Source: Vitrella brassicaformis CCMP3155 (taxonomy: Eukaryota > Protista > Chromerida). From it: a stretch of DNA of 64,000 bases. The stretch spans positions 62,001-126,000 of the forward strand of contig CDMY01000964.1 of NCBI GenBank assembly GCA_001179505.1. Reading direction: 5' to 3'. A program made the translations under genes and the position numbers. The notes below the pieces were generated by a model. The model saw only the letters and a program-made list of their open reading frames with translations, was not told the origin of the DNA and did no database searches. Within the stretch, counting starts at the first letter, position 1, and each line of letters opens with the position of its first letter. Below, piece by piece: positions 1-12,599 of this stretch.

Positions 1-3000
1 TATTATACATACCATCAACGTTGCAGTAAAAGCCTGCGGGACAGCCGAGACACTCACCCAGGCCCTGTCAGCAGATATAAAGTTGGCAGAGACACCGTTG
101 ACTGACACGATTAGCTCCCTCTTCGACTTACTCACCTCGGCGTCGCTATACGTGGGCGCAACGCACAAGAGCTCGGTGAGAGTGCCCGCTGGGCAATAGT
201 AGCCAAAAGGACAGATAATGCCCTGCACCGGGGGAGAGGGAATGTTGACTGTCGGCGTGGGGGTCTCCGATCTATTGTAGCACACGAAGCCCATGTCGCA
301 GGGGATGGGGGTGCCCGTCGACGAACAGAAGAACCCCGCCGGACAGTCGCCGCAGTCCCCAGGGACACTGGACCCTGATGAGGGCACACACCAACCCTCA
401 ACAGACACTCACAAGAAAATGGTCTCACTCCCTCCCTCTTCTCACCTTCTGGTGAGCCAGTGGTGCCCGGTGGGCATGGCAAGGGAGCCGCCGAGCCTGC
501 AGGACAGTACATGCCCGAGGGACACTCGCGACCAGGGATGCACGAGACGTTGGCCGCGCCGGCCGCTGTGGGTGGCGGGCAATATGTTGGCGCGGGTGTG
601 GCCGTGTCGGATCCCCATCGGCAGTAGTATCCCGCGTCGCAGTCGGGTCCAGGGGATGTCAGGCGTGGCGCACTGCAGTACTTGCCCGGAGAGCTGATGT
701 CAATGAATGCGATCGACGTACGAACAATGCAGCAATGTGGGAACGCCTCTCTGTCGCTCGCTTACCATTCTGCACACTCAGAGCTGTTTGTGAGGTGCTC
801 CAGGGCGCCGTATGTGCCGACAGGGCAGTCGAGCGGTGTGTCGGTGCTGCCCTCGCAATATTGGCCCTGGGGGCAGGCGACGGGAGCTGTCAAGCCATCG
901 GTGGCGCACACGAAGCCCGGCGGGCATGTTTTGCAGCTCAGCTGTCCGACCCAGTCCTGGTACTCCCTGCATACCCATGGATACACAGGCAGGAGGTATG
1001 TCAAGTCGGTGGCGTGTGCGTATGGCATGTATGGGTAGGTGATCTAGTACTGGGGGCTGCATGGGTCGGGAAAGGCGTTGTTGCCCGCACAGCTGTGGCC
1101 CGCATAGCAGAGGAACTGTGTCGATGACTGCACAACGTACACACACAAAGAGACAGAGAGAGACATGCCTCATCCCGTCTCGAATGGCTGCATGACATTG
1201 GCTTGCCTTGGATCCCGCTGGGCAGAAGAAGCCCGCCTCGCAGTCCCCCGTGATGGCCGTCTGCGCCGTTCCCCAGCAGTACTGGGCCTCGTCACACTCA
1301 GTGCAATCAAGGACGCCCGTCGCCTGCTCGGTGTCTCTATAACGACCTGCTGGGCAGCGGACGGGATCGGATGTGCCCTCCTCGCAGTAGTGGCCGACAG
1401 GGCACTCCCCGTACGCGCGAACGGGGGGGCCAGTGGTGTTGTCTGACGGACACTGGTTCACGTCGATCGTCCCTCCAGGGTTGTTCTGCTCCGCCAGCTG
1501 CTTGCACACATAGCCGGCGCTGCACGTGCCGAGAGGCGTCCCACTGCCGTTGCAGAACACCCCGTTTGGGCAGGGGGTCGGCTGCGTGGATCCCTCGGGG
1601 CACGTGTAGGCGTTTGTGCACTGGAAGCCGTTCTCGGCTGCTGAGGTGGGAGTGCTTGATGTGGTGCCGCCCTCGCAGTAGTAGCCCTCTGTGCAGTCAT
1701 CCACGGGGTAGGCCAGGGCAGTCGCGTCACAGTACTTGCCTATATTGAAATGCAGCCACCACCACAAAACACAGACGCTGGGTGGTGGGTGCACGTCGAT
1801 TGTGTACCTGGCGGGCAGTCTACGCACTGGGAGACTTCCCACCTCGCCGTGAAGTTGTTGTAGGTCCCTATGGGGCACTCAGCTCCCGTCGCATTGGGTG
1901 TCCGCACCGGACAATAGTAACCCTGCACACAGACAAAACACACGAGACACGATGCCCATGACATTCATTACCCGGCTGACCCCTTGGCACTCAAAGGCGT
2001 CTGTGCCGTTGCAGGTGAATCCCTGTGGGCAGTCGATGCATGTGCTCTGCCCCTTGAAGGGCTGGTATTCGCCGTTAGTGCACGGCACTGCCGCCGGGGA
2101 GGCCTCGGGGCAGGCGTGCCCCTCCGGACACTCCCCTCCACTCGGTTGATGCCATGTCGAGTTTTCAAGGCAGAAGAAGCCAGCCGTGCAGTTGCCTGTC
2201 GGCTCCGTCAACCCTCGATCAGCACAATACCTGGCCCAGACACACACACACACACACACACAGACCGAGAGGAAGCAAAAGAAAGTGAAATCAGCAACCT
2301 TCTGCATTTTGTCCTGTGTTGAAGATCACTCACTCGCCCGCGGGGCAGTTGTCACAGTCGGATAGCTCCTCGTTCCTGGTGTCATTGGAGAAGCTACCCG
2401 GTGGGCAGAGGACCTCTCGCCCGCTGCCTTCAGGGCAGTATGCGCCAGGGGGGCAGTCGTTCTCGTTGTTGAAAATCGCGCCGCCATCGCAGTAGTAGCC
2501 CGCTAAGCACGGGCCGTCTGGCGCATCCAGGCCGTTAGTGGCACAGTATTGTCCTGAAAGAAAGACAGAGAGAGAGAGAGAGAGAGGGTTGGTGGGGTAT
2601 GGTCGTGTGTACATATATGGCAGAGTGAGATGTGCTGACCGTAGTCGCAGATGTACGGCCCGGTCGACCCTGTGGGGCAGTAAGTGCTCGCCACGCACTC
2701 GGCCCCTCCCTCGGTCACAACATCGGTGGGCGCGCTGCCAGTCGCCCCGCCCACGCAGTAGTGACCCTGCTGGCAGGGGCCTTGGACAGAGTCACTGCAC
2801 ACGAGGCAAGGATAGTCACTATGAGTGGGCGGGGCTTGCGAGGGAGGGTGATGTGGCTGGCTGGCTAACTGACGGACCTGCCAGCACTGTCGCAGAAGTT
2901 TCCTGGGTCGCAAGGGACGCATCCGACGATGGACTTGGTCTGGTTCTGGCTGTTGTACGTGCCGATGGGACATGCGTACTGGTTGGACAGCTGTGTGCCT

Positions 3001-6000
3001 GACGTACCATAGAGAAACCATGTCCACATCTCGTTCGTCATGCAATCAATCGTCGTGCATTGGTTGACGGACCCTCAGGGCAGTAGTGTCCCGCGTCGCA
3101 TTGTGAGGTGGCGTAGGTGTCCAGCCCGGCCACGCAGAAGAAGCCGCTTGGACACACCAGACAGCTCGCCGCTTCCTCGTCCGGATTGTACGTGCCTGCA
3201 CGACACATACAGCCATGCAGAGCAGACAGTCCCTCCCTCCCTCCCTGCCACTTTCCCTTTGTGTCTAAGTCACCGGCAGGACAGTCTTCCTCAGCTGCGC
3301 TTCCGAGTGGGCACCGCTTGCCCGTCCCGCACCGAAACTCTTTTGGCTGCACTTGACCGTAGGGTGATCCTGTGGGGCAGTACCAGCCCTCGGGGCACAG
3401 ACCGGCGGGCAGCGCCAAACCAATACCATAACAATAGGAGCCTTATATCATCCGAAAACAGACAGACAGACAGACAGACGACCAGACACATTGACAAATG
3501 ATCCTCCCATTTTTCGAACACGACCTCACTCACCACCAGGGCACGGCTTGCAAGCTAAGGGGGAGGTCTGCTGTGTGAGATCGAGGTACTGCCCCCGCTC
3601 GCATGGCGTTGGCGCCGTGGATCCAACTTCACATGTGAAGCCCATCGGACAGGGGCCCCCCGCCGCAGTGAGGAACGGGGGCGTGGCCGTGGCCGAGCCA
3701 CCGGTGCAGAAGTGGCCCGCCGTGCAGTCAGCGTCCACAATGGTGGCTTCTGTCATGCCCGTCCCAGCACAAAACTGACCTGAAGACACAGCACACCCAC
3801 AGCACAAGCAGCATGCCCGTGGACAGTGTGTGTCCCCCCGTGTGTGTCTTGGGACAAGAGACCCACCTGGAGGGCATTTGAGGCATTCCTCTTCGTGTGC
3901 ATAGGGCGCGACACTGGTGTTGGCATATGTGCCGGGTGGACAGGGTATCTCAGCATCGCTGCCTAGCGGACAGGCCGCGTTGTCGCTACAGTCAACGCCG
4001 TCTGTCATCCCCACTGTGTCGCACATTTTCCTGAAGACCAAAGGTGAACACATACGCACACATTCATGTGCGTCGGTCCGGTCCGGGCTGCTTGGTTATG
4101 AGTGCTCTCTCTGGCTCTGTGACCGACCGTGGTTTGCATGGTGCGCATTCGTCTCTTGCCGAAAGGGCATTGTAAGTGCCCGTGGGGCAGTCCAGCTCCG
4201 CGTCGAACCCAGACCGCGTGAAGTGCCCGGGAGAGGCCTCTATTTGAGTCGGCTTGCTCGCACTACCCGTGCAGTAGTAGCCCGGCAGACACTCACCTGA
4301 AGGCACACCACACACGATCGCAGGCTGGGTCCATTGTAGACAGACTGAACGAGTGGAGGGACGTGTGGTTGCGTGCCTGATGGCTGTGCCTCGTTGGACC
4401 CTCCGCAGTAGAAGCCGCCAGGGCAGTTGGTGCAGTTGGCTTGGCTCTCTCCGCCGGGGTCGGGGTTGTAGGTGCCCGGGTCGCAGAAGTCCTTTAGAGA
4501 CGAACCCGCCGTGCAGTAGCCGCCAGGAGTGCAGATGGTCCCGGTCACGTTGTCGGAGGGGTCGGGCTGGGAAGCGCCGCCCAAACACGTGTGCCTATAC
4601 ACACATATATACAGAGAGGGAGACATTGGCGGGGAGCCTTCTCTCTCTCTTCTGATGCGATGCGTTTGTATGGCCGCGGCTCACTCACCCAGCATCGCAG
4701 TCGCCCTCGGGCTCCCTCAGCCCGGTACTCTGGCAGTACTTGCCGGGCGTGCATGGCGTGCACATGTCTTCGTCGCGCAGGTTGGTCACATTGCCGAATT
4801 TGCCGGCTGGACAGGGTGTTACAGTAGGGCTCCCGGGAGGGCAGTAGTTGCCAGCCGTGCAGTCAGTACGGCCCGCCCCATCAGGACAGTAAAATCCCGA
4901 CAGGCACTGGCCGCAATCCGTTTGATCCTTGCCGCCATAGTAGTCCCTGCGAGCAACATAGGACACCAACCGCAGCTGTACACGTGTGTGCGTGGGCTCC
5001 TCAGACTCTTCAAGCCCCCTCACCTGTATGTGCCGGCAAGGCAGTTGTGTTCGTCAGCGACGTCGCTCCCGCCGTCGCAGTATTTGTTGGGCGCACACAA
5101 ACCGTCCGGTTCGAAGCTTCCCGCTGCGGAGACGTACTTTCCGGCGGGGGCTTGCAGACACGCCGCATTTGAGTCCTAACGAACGAGCGATCCGGGAGAG
5201 AAGGAGCCGCATGTCACGGTGGAGAGAGTCACATGGAGACAGACGCTCTTGCTACCTGTCCTGGGTATGGGTTGTATGTGCCAGCGAGGCATGGCTGTGC
5301 TGCGGTGTCGCCCTGAGAACCGACACATTGACATGGTGAAAAACAGACACACAGACTGACTGACAAAGGGCTCCTTCTTCCTCACTTGGGGACAGTAGTA
5401 TCCCCGCGGGCAGGGCCTGGTGTTGAGTGTGGGCCGGTGGTCAACACCCGTGACGTCACACAACGTGCCACCCGGACACTCAGTCCAAGCCGAGCTAGGG
5501 CCCGTCACATTTTCGGCAGGCGTTGTGTCGGAGTCGCAGTAATGGCCCAACACGCACGCCGTACCTGAACTCACTCGCCAATTCACACAAACATAAGAAA
5601 CACCATGTTTGCACGTGTCCATCGGCTTACATCCGGTCTGTCCCTCTCGCGAATAGTATCCCTTGCCGCAAGGCTGCGGCAACGGCACGCCCTCCAGGCA
5701 GTAGTATCCCGGCGGGCAGACGGCGCACTGGTTGTCGGTGTTGGGGACGTACGAGGGTGGGGCGGGATGTCTGGTGGTGAGGTCCCAGACGCCTGTGACG
5801 CCTCGGTTGATGCTGAAGGATGCCATGTTGGATGTTGCCTCGGGGCAGGGAATGGGGTACACTGTCCCTGCCAGACAGTACATGCCCTCCGGGCCTGCAC
5901 AAGGACCGACACACGTGAAGACATACACCTCTCTTTCTGGACATGGGTGTGAGTGTAGCTGTGTGTGTACAATAGTCGCAGTCCGCCTCTTGGATGAGGT

Positions 6001-9000
6001 CTGTGCGCGTGGTGTATCGGCCGCTGGGGCAGGGGTTGGCAAGGGGATCGGTCGTATTCGCAGGACAAAAGTGACCTACTCACACACACACGTAGACACA
6101 CACAGAGAGAGAGATGAAGATAAAGAGATATCTCTCCTCTCCGGCCACAGGTCACCTTTGGCGCACGGTCCGTCTGGGGCCGCCTTGCCCCCCGAACAGA
6201 AAAAGCCGGGCGGGCAGCCGAGACACTGACCGTCGTGAGTGAGGCCGGTGTAGGGAGAGTAGGTGCCAGGGTCGCAAGGGTTCTGTGTTGGGTACTCCGT
6301 GCGCAGCGGGCAGTAGTGGCCGATGGGGCAAGGCTGCGGAGGGAACGCCGGCCCGCCCGTACCCAACGCACACACTTTGCCTGTGTGTGAGAGACACACT
6401 CAGCTCATGCGGCGTTCCGCCTCGTCTATGTTCGTGTCCACGGCCATGACTTGTTGGTCTCCCTTACTTACCGGCAGGGCAATCCACACAGTCGGCGGGA
6501 TCCTCGCCGTCGATGGCATCGAGATACGTGCCGCGGGGGCAGGGGAACTCCTGGGGCCACCTGTGTCAAGACGAAGAAGACACAATGCGCTTGTCTACCA
6601 CATACGGTGGCCACTGAAGTCTCTCTCTCACACCGATGTCACTGACCTGGTGCCAGGAATGCTACCAGCGAGCGGGCAGTAATATCCCGCCGAGCAGTTG
6701 ACCGAGGCCGAGGCCATGCCGAAAAAGGGGCATGCCTTGCCGGCATCACACTGGACACAGCTTGAAGAGGGCCCTTGGCCTGAATCGGGATTGTATGTCC
6801 CAGGATCGCACGGGATCGGAGCCAGCAGCCCAACTTCCCCTGAGTTCCATTTGGGGTCAGCAGGGTCGCAGTAGTGACCCGCAGGGCAGTCGAGGAAGTG
6901 ACTCGGATCAGAAAGGCCTCCTCTCTTGCCGCTGTATTTTCCTCCTGTAGGCGCGACTGGCGAATTGTCCGCTGGCGTTGTGCCTGCACGGCAGTAGTAG
7001 CCGATGGGGCATGGCGTCATGGCATCCCGCGACGCGCCGCGGCACCAGCGGCCGGCGGGACACGCGAGGCAGTCGGTTGCCCAATTCGACTGCCAACAGA
7101 TACACACATTTGAAAAACCGATGATGAGCAATGTGGCTGCCAAATTGCCCATCGGTGTGCGTCGTCGACTCACTCACCTGTCCTGGCGTAGGATTGTATG
7201 TGCCAGCGGGACATGCCGTGCCCGCGGGGATACTACTGTCCCCACCGTCGAGTGACCCGGTGCCTGTCGGGCAGACATGGCCGCGGCGGCAGAGCAGGTC
7301 GCCATTGATTGCCCTGGTCGCCGCTGGGCACCAGTAGCCTGCCAAGCAAGCCCCACAAGCAGTGTTTGCACCACCACCGCCGGACTCGCCACTGATGACA
7401 GCACGAGACACAACCCTTGTCGACTGGATGACTGTTGATGGTGTGCGTGTATGTGGTTGTATCTTACGGCGGGCATGGGACAGCATAGCGGGGCGTGCCC
7501 GCCAGGTAACTAAACCCCAGTGGCACCAAATCTGTGTCGGGGTCGGTTGACCCGCCCTGACAGAGATACCCAGCGTTGCAATTCGCGCATCCAGTCACCG
7601 GCGTGTTGGAGTACGTCCCAGCACGGCACTGCTGCGGCTGATAGTTGGCTGACGGGCAGAAGTGGCCGTCGGGGCAGGGGGTGCACGCACTCGCCCCTCC
7701 AAGTGAGTAGTTAGGGGCTGTACACAAAGTCGCGCTCAGGGCCGTGCACGAGGAGCCGGCGGGACACGGCAGGCAGTGGGCGCTGTTTGCAGCCGAGTAC
7801 GTGCCGGTCGAACACGCCACTGTGACCGCCTGGTCGAACTCGGGACACATGGTGCCGGCTGCACAGGTGTCACAGCTCGTCTGGCCGCCCGTCGAATATC
7901 GACCTGATGGAGCAGCCAGCAACAAGACATCCCAAAAAGTCAGCCAGCCAGCACTATGTGCGTGTTCTTCGATCTCTGTTGTACCAGGCAGGCAGGGATC
8001 CGGGGGTTGAGCGGGGTCACCGCATTCATGCCCGGGGGGACACGGTCGACACGCCAGGTCACCCGGCAAAGAATAGTCAGGGGCGGAGCACGTGACTTTC
8101 GGTAATTTGGGGTCGGGGCACGCCTCTCTTGCGACGCACGGAACACACAGGGTAGCTTGGGCAGCACTCATGGTGCCTAGCGGGCACGGGATGGGCTGTG
8201 CGTCGACACGGGGGCAGAAGAAGCCTGCTGGGCACTCCGTGCAAGCGGTAGCGCGGCCGAGGGAGTAGAAGCCTGGGTTGCAAGCCGCTGGTGCCGCCGT
8301 TTTGTCAAAACACCTGCAGATATGCATCCACACACATACACGGAGAGATCACATGGGGGGTGGGGTCGGGCTGCGGTTGGCTGGCACGACTGACTGTGAT
8401 CCTGCGGGGCACGGAAGGCAGAAGGTCTTGATATTGAGGGCGTCATTGTATTCCCCGTCGGCGCAGGGCGTCGTCGTGTTGCCGCAGCTTTCGCCAGCGG
8501 GGCAATCGGCGCAGTCGGGCCCGTACTCGCCATTCGCCGTGTCGCACAGAGTCTTCACTGGACACACACAAAGAGAGAGAGACACCACATTCACAGAGGG
8601 ATCGTTGGCCGTGGTCTACCCCCTCTTACCAACTTTGACGTGCACGCGGCTGCCGGGGACGAAGTTGGCATTGAGGCCATTGAACCGTGAGTCGCTTGGA
8701 GCAACGGCGGTGAGGTCGCAAAAGACATCGACGGTCATGGGCCATCTGGTGGCGTACGGGCCCACATCTAGAGTCACTGTCTTGGCTGAAGTGTCTCCCG
8801 TCAGCCATTGGACGGAGGTGGCTGAGGGCGTCACCTCAGGAGCCGGGCAGTTCACGTTGACTGTCACAGTGCCAGAGGCAGCACCTTCCAATTCCACAGT
8901 GAACTGTGCGGCAGAGGTGGTGTCTTCCTGTGCGATGAGGGCGTTCTCGGAGACAACGATGCCCGCGGTCTTGTCGTCGAGCACACTCACGTGGAACTTG

Positions 9001-11451
9001 CCATCCGGTGGAAAGATCGGCGGAGCTCCGGTCAGCGGAGAGGTCACTGCGTGGGTGATGTCGTACTGAACTCTCTCACCGTGCGGATCTGTGTACGCGA
9101 GGGCGTTCACAGTGACGTTGACGCCGGCAGTCGACCCAGCTGAGATGGTCACCGGCGCTGGGTTGGCGGTTATTCTGGTGGGGTCGACCCCAGACACCGT
9201 CAGAGAGATAATGACGTCAGCTGGCGGCGGGGCAGTGGCGTAGATAGTGTATGTCCCGGATGTGCCCTCGATGATGGACATGGCGGGCGGCTCGATGATG
9301 ACGGCATAGGTGTCGTCGCTCAGGACATCGATGTATAGCTCGCCGCTGTTGCTGACATCGGTCAGCGCACCGCGGTACGCTCGATGGGGTCCCGGGTTTT
9401 TGTACGCGAGGTCGGCTGACGTGCTGGGATCGTGGCTGAGAGCCGCCCTGAGGGAGGTACCGCCGCTGACGCTGCCATCAACGCCTGTGACCGTCACATA
9501 CTGCCGCCGAAACCTGAGACACGCGCAGACAAGAAAGGTGGACTGCCTTTGTCTGTGCCTCCATCTCCCTCTCTCTCGTCTGTCTGTGTTCTTGTGTGTA
9601 CCATGATTCGGTGGAGAAGGTGAGCTGTGTGGGCGACACGGTCACTTCTTGCGGTGGAGTAGTGGCATTCGACGTTATGTCGATCACAACAGTGTCCGAC
9701 GGCTGAGTGCCCAGCCGCACCCAGTAGGTGGTCGAATGGCCCTCCTACCCATGCGCAACACACCAAGAGGCACAGATGCCTCACTCGCGACATGCAGGCC
9801 TCCTCTCCCCGTCTCTGTGTGACTGACTCACCATGATAGTGCTGGGCTGTGATGCGATGATGCTCGCGTTCTTGTATTCCGTGTCGAAGCTGGCCGATAG
9901 GGCCGAGGCACCACCGCAGACCGTGGTCGTGCACACCGCCCGCCATTGGTCGCCTGTGCCCGTTGCGATCATGGCCACGGTAAAGGTCGCCTCGCCATAC
10001 ATATCTGTCGTGCCGGTGAGGGTCGGCGGCCCCCCGCCGCCGTCGAGACTCATCCTGCACATCAAAAAGCCGTGTCTCTCATCCACCCAACATGTCTCTG
10101 TCCCGACTCTCTCTCTCTCTCTGTCTCTCTGTCTGTGCGGTGTGAACGTGTGGTTGGTCACTCACTGGACAGTGTATCCCTCCCCCGAGGCAGATTTTGA
10201 GTCGTAGAGAGGGTTGCCGCCCACGTCGACCAGTCGCACCTTGACTGTGGCGCTCTCGCCCACATACATCGGGTTAGGCGGCTCGATCACCCACTCGACT
10301 CCCTCTCCAAGCCCGCGCCATATGCTGAACGCCTCAGACAGGCCGGTCAGGCCACCTGGCTCTGTCGCGCGAAGCCGGTAGGTGCCTGCCTTGTCAATCG
10401 AGAGGCCCACGAAGCTAGCCTCACCCAAGGCGGCTGTCTCTACGGTGGTTCCATAAAGCGTCGCACATGAGTCCGTGGCCACTGTAAGTGTCACGTCGTC
10501 AACGAAGCCTTCGTCGGTGTTGCCGAATTGGTCCACGGCAATCACTGTCGGCTGCGAGTCGAAAGACGCCCTGGAATAGGCAGACGACGGGCTGACCGAA
10601 AACCTGACACACAAGAACGAGACAGACGTTTGCTGGGCGGGCGCGTGTGTGTGCGGATGTGTGACTGGCTCATTACTGGAGAGCGTTGGCAGCCTTGGGG
10701 ATGACATTAAAGGTATTGGAAGTAATGGGTCTGTAGCCAGAGGCATATGCAATCAACTGATACCCAGCTGCACAACACACAGAAAGAAAAGCAGACACTC
10801 CGCTTGCAGTTCCAACCGCCTTGTCTCTGCTGACTCACTTCCTGCCGTCGTAATGACGAGGTCATTAAAAGTCACCGGGTCCGCGGGAGACTGTTTGGTG
10901 GTCCCTATGAGCTCCACTGGCGAGTCGACAGTCACATGCACGTCACCTCCCTGGTCCGCACCTGACAACGCGAAAGTAATTGAGTCGCCCGCAGTGTAAG
11001 AGCCGGTCACGTCCGTCGATATGCCGAATGTATTGGGCGTAGCGTCGCTGATAGTGAAAGGATCGCTCTCGACGGACACGGCCTCGGATCCCCCTTCCAT
11101 GCCGTAAGCATAGGCAAGCATCCTGTATGTCCCGGTTGACGTAACAAAGACGTTGCTGAAGGTGGCGACTCCTGCGGCTGACGTGATTGCGACGGTGTCA
11201 CCCTTGAGCACGGCTGCCGTCGCATCGTTGAGTGTGAGTGTCACAGCCACCCCACCAAGTGGTGCTACAGGACCGCTGGCTTGCACAAAAACAGTTATTT
11301 GCGCGAGAGCCTCGAACACACGGGCGTCTGAAGGCGGGGCGGGTCCAGCGGGCTGGGCCGTGAAGCTGATGAAGTAGGGAGACGCAGCAAGGCATCGCTG
11401 GACGCCAATGATGAGCAGCAGGGCAGCGAGAGAGGCCCATGGCCTCCCCAT
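1..11451 (-). CDS. Giant secreted multi-exon protein (5' part; runs off window start): signal peptide, N-terminal Ig-like/Calx-beta-like beta-sandwich repeats, then dozens of GCC2/GCC3-type (ephrin-receptor-like) cysteine repeats
   Basis: ATG 11451 MGRPWASLAALLLIIGVQRCLAA (signal peptide-like). Exons to ~8616 encode beta-rich repeats (GTYRMLAYAYG, AGTYRLRATEPGG, VRLGTQPSDTVVIDIT..VTVSPTQLTF). From ~8590 to base 14 every exon encodes C-P-x-G-[YFH]-[YF]-C repeats (CPAGSSC, CPEGWYCPTG, CPAGRYRD). GT-AG introns carry CA/GA microsatellites. The last in-window exon (63-14, GLGECLGCPAGFYCNVD) ends at a GT donor, so the gene continues off-window. Confidence 0.9.
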
Positions 11452-11798
11452 CCTCAGGCTCTGCTGAAAGATAGGCAGGGGTAAGACGGCAGTTGCGACA
11501 AATCAGCCGCGCTTGTCACGGGAAGATGGATGATCCGCAGCAGCTGTGATTGCTGTGAGCATCAGAATCATCTGCGAGGGGACCGATTCTCGGCGGGGAA
11601 GGGAAAGAGACGTGGGGGGTGGCTGGGGGCCGAAAGACGCCGCGAGTACGGAGAGGCTAACCCCGGGCCCAAGTTGAACCTCCTCCTCCTCCAGCTGCAG
11701 CTGCATGGGGAGGCCCTTCAACCAACACGGACCAAGATGAAATGCAAGAAAGATCTGCTTGCGTCGCGCTCTCCCGTAAGTCGCAGATTCTACCGTCT

Positions 11799-11899
11799 GT
11801 TCCGTTAGCTCAGCTGGTAGAGTGTGCGACTTTTACGGAACGCGTCTCCTAATACCGAATGCAATCGCATGGTCACGGGTTCGAACCCCGTACGGAGCT
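11799..11899 (+). tRNA. tRNA-Lys(UUU) with a 28-nt canonical intron (11836-11863)
   Basis: Cloverleaf: acceptor GTTCCGT/ACGGAGC, D arm GCTC-AGCTGGTA-GAGT, anticodon stem TGCGA/TCGCA, loop CT-TTT-A|A with anticodon at 11832-11834, T arm ACGGG-TTCGAAC-CCCGT. The intron sits after position 37; C32 can pair with the intron -3 G (anticodon-intron pair). Spliced length is 73 nt. Confidence 0.93.
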
Positions 11900-12118
11900 A
11901 TTGCGGACGCGACAGAACGTCACATCCTCAGTCTTTCACCGCCTTCTGCTGGGACGCATCAGATCTCTGAGTCAGAACACCCACTCTCAGATCTCGCATC
12001 CAAACACGTACGACAGAAGGTGAGCCCAGACAGATACGAGCCATGCATCTGCCGCTCTCTCTCACCCCGTCTGTCCGTCTGTGCTTCATCTGTCAGTCAA
12101 CAACTGTTTGAGGAAGCA

Positions 12119-12583
12119 ATGTGTGTGACGTGTGAGGAGTGTGGCGCCTTCTGCAGCGCGACAGCTTGCCTGACCCTGGTTATACTGCTCCTCGCCAACT
12201 GGGGCATGGTTCTGGTCCGTGTCGACGAGATTGGCGACAGCCACAGTGCGGCGCTGAAGCTGGTGGTGGCCAACGAGGAGCTCATGTGGTCGCACATGAA
12301 GGCCGACCTGATGGACGACATGGCTAAGAACACCACGGCGATAGCTGGTGATGTGGCTGACATCGAGGCAATGGCGGGCAACATGGCGCTGCTCAAGCAT
12401 ACGCTCCACCTGCGAGGCAGCAACAAGACTGACAACCATCCCGCTGTCCCGCCTGCCGGCAACAGCAACAGCAACACCACCGACGTGATCATTGACAAGC
12501 CAACCAACAGCACGACGACCACCAACAGCGCCGAGATGATAGCTGCCCGTGCTGTGCAAACTGACCTTGCCATAACGACGTAG
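12119..12583 (+). CDS. Small intronless single-pass membrane protein, unknown function (154 aa)
   Basis: Part of ORF 11822-12583. From ATG 12119: MCVTCEECGAFCSATACLTLVILLLANWGMVLV (Cys-rich plus hydrophobic segment), then a helical segment and an N/T-rich tail with NKT, NTT and NST sequons. Codon usage is GC3-rich and coding-like. The upstream part of the ORF overlaps the tRNA and is not considered coding. Confidence 0.6.
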   Translation: MCVTCEECGAFCSATACLTLVILLLANWGMVLVRVDEIGDSHSAALKLVVANEELMWSHMKADLMDDMAKNTTAIAGDVADIEAMAGNMALLKHTLHLRGSNKTDNHPAVPPAGNSNSNTTDVIIDKPTNSTTTTNSAEMIAARAVQTDLAITT

Positions 12584-12599
12584 GTAACCTTCTTCTGCT

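Noticed and set aside
132-11377. Numerous long + strand ORFs over the giant gene (e.g. 8278-9069, 4529-5179)
   Set aside because: They are antisense shadows of a GC3-rich minus-strand CDS; they have no motifs, and the splice signals fit the minus strand.
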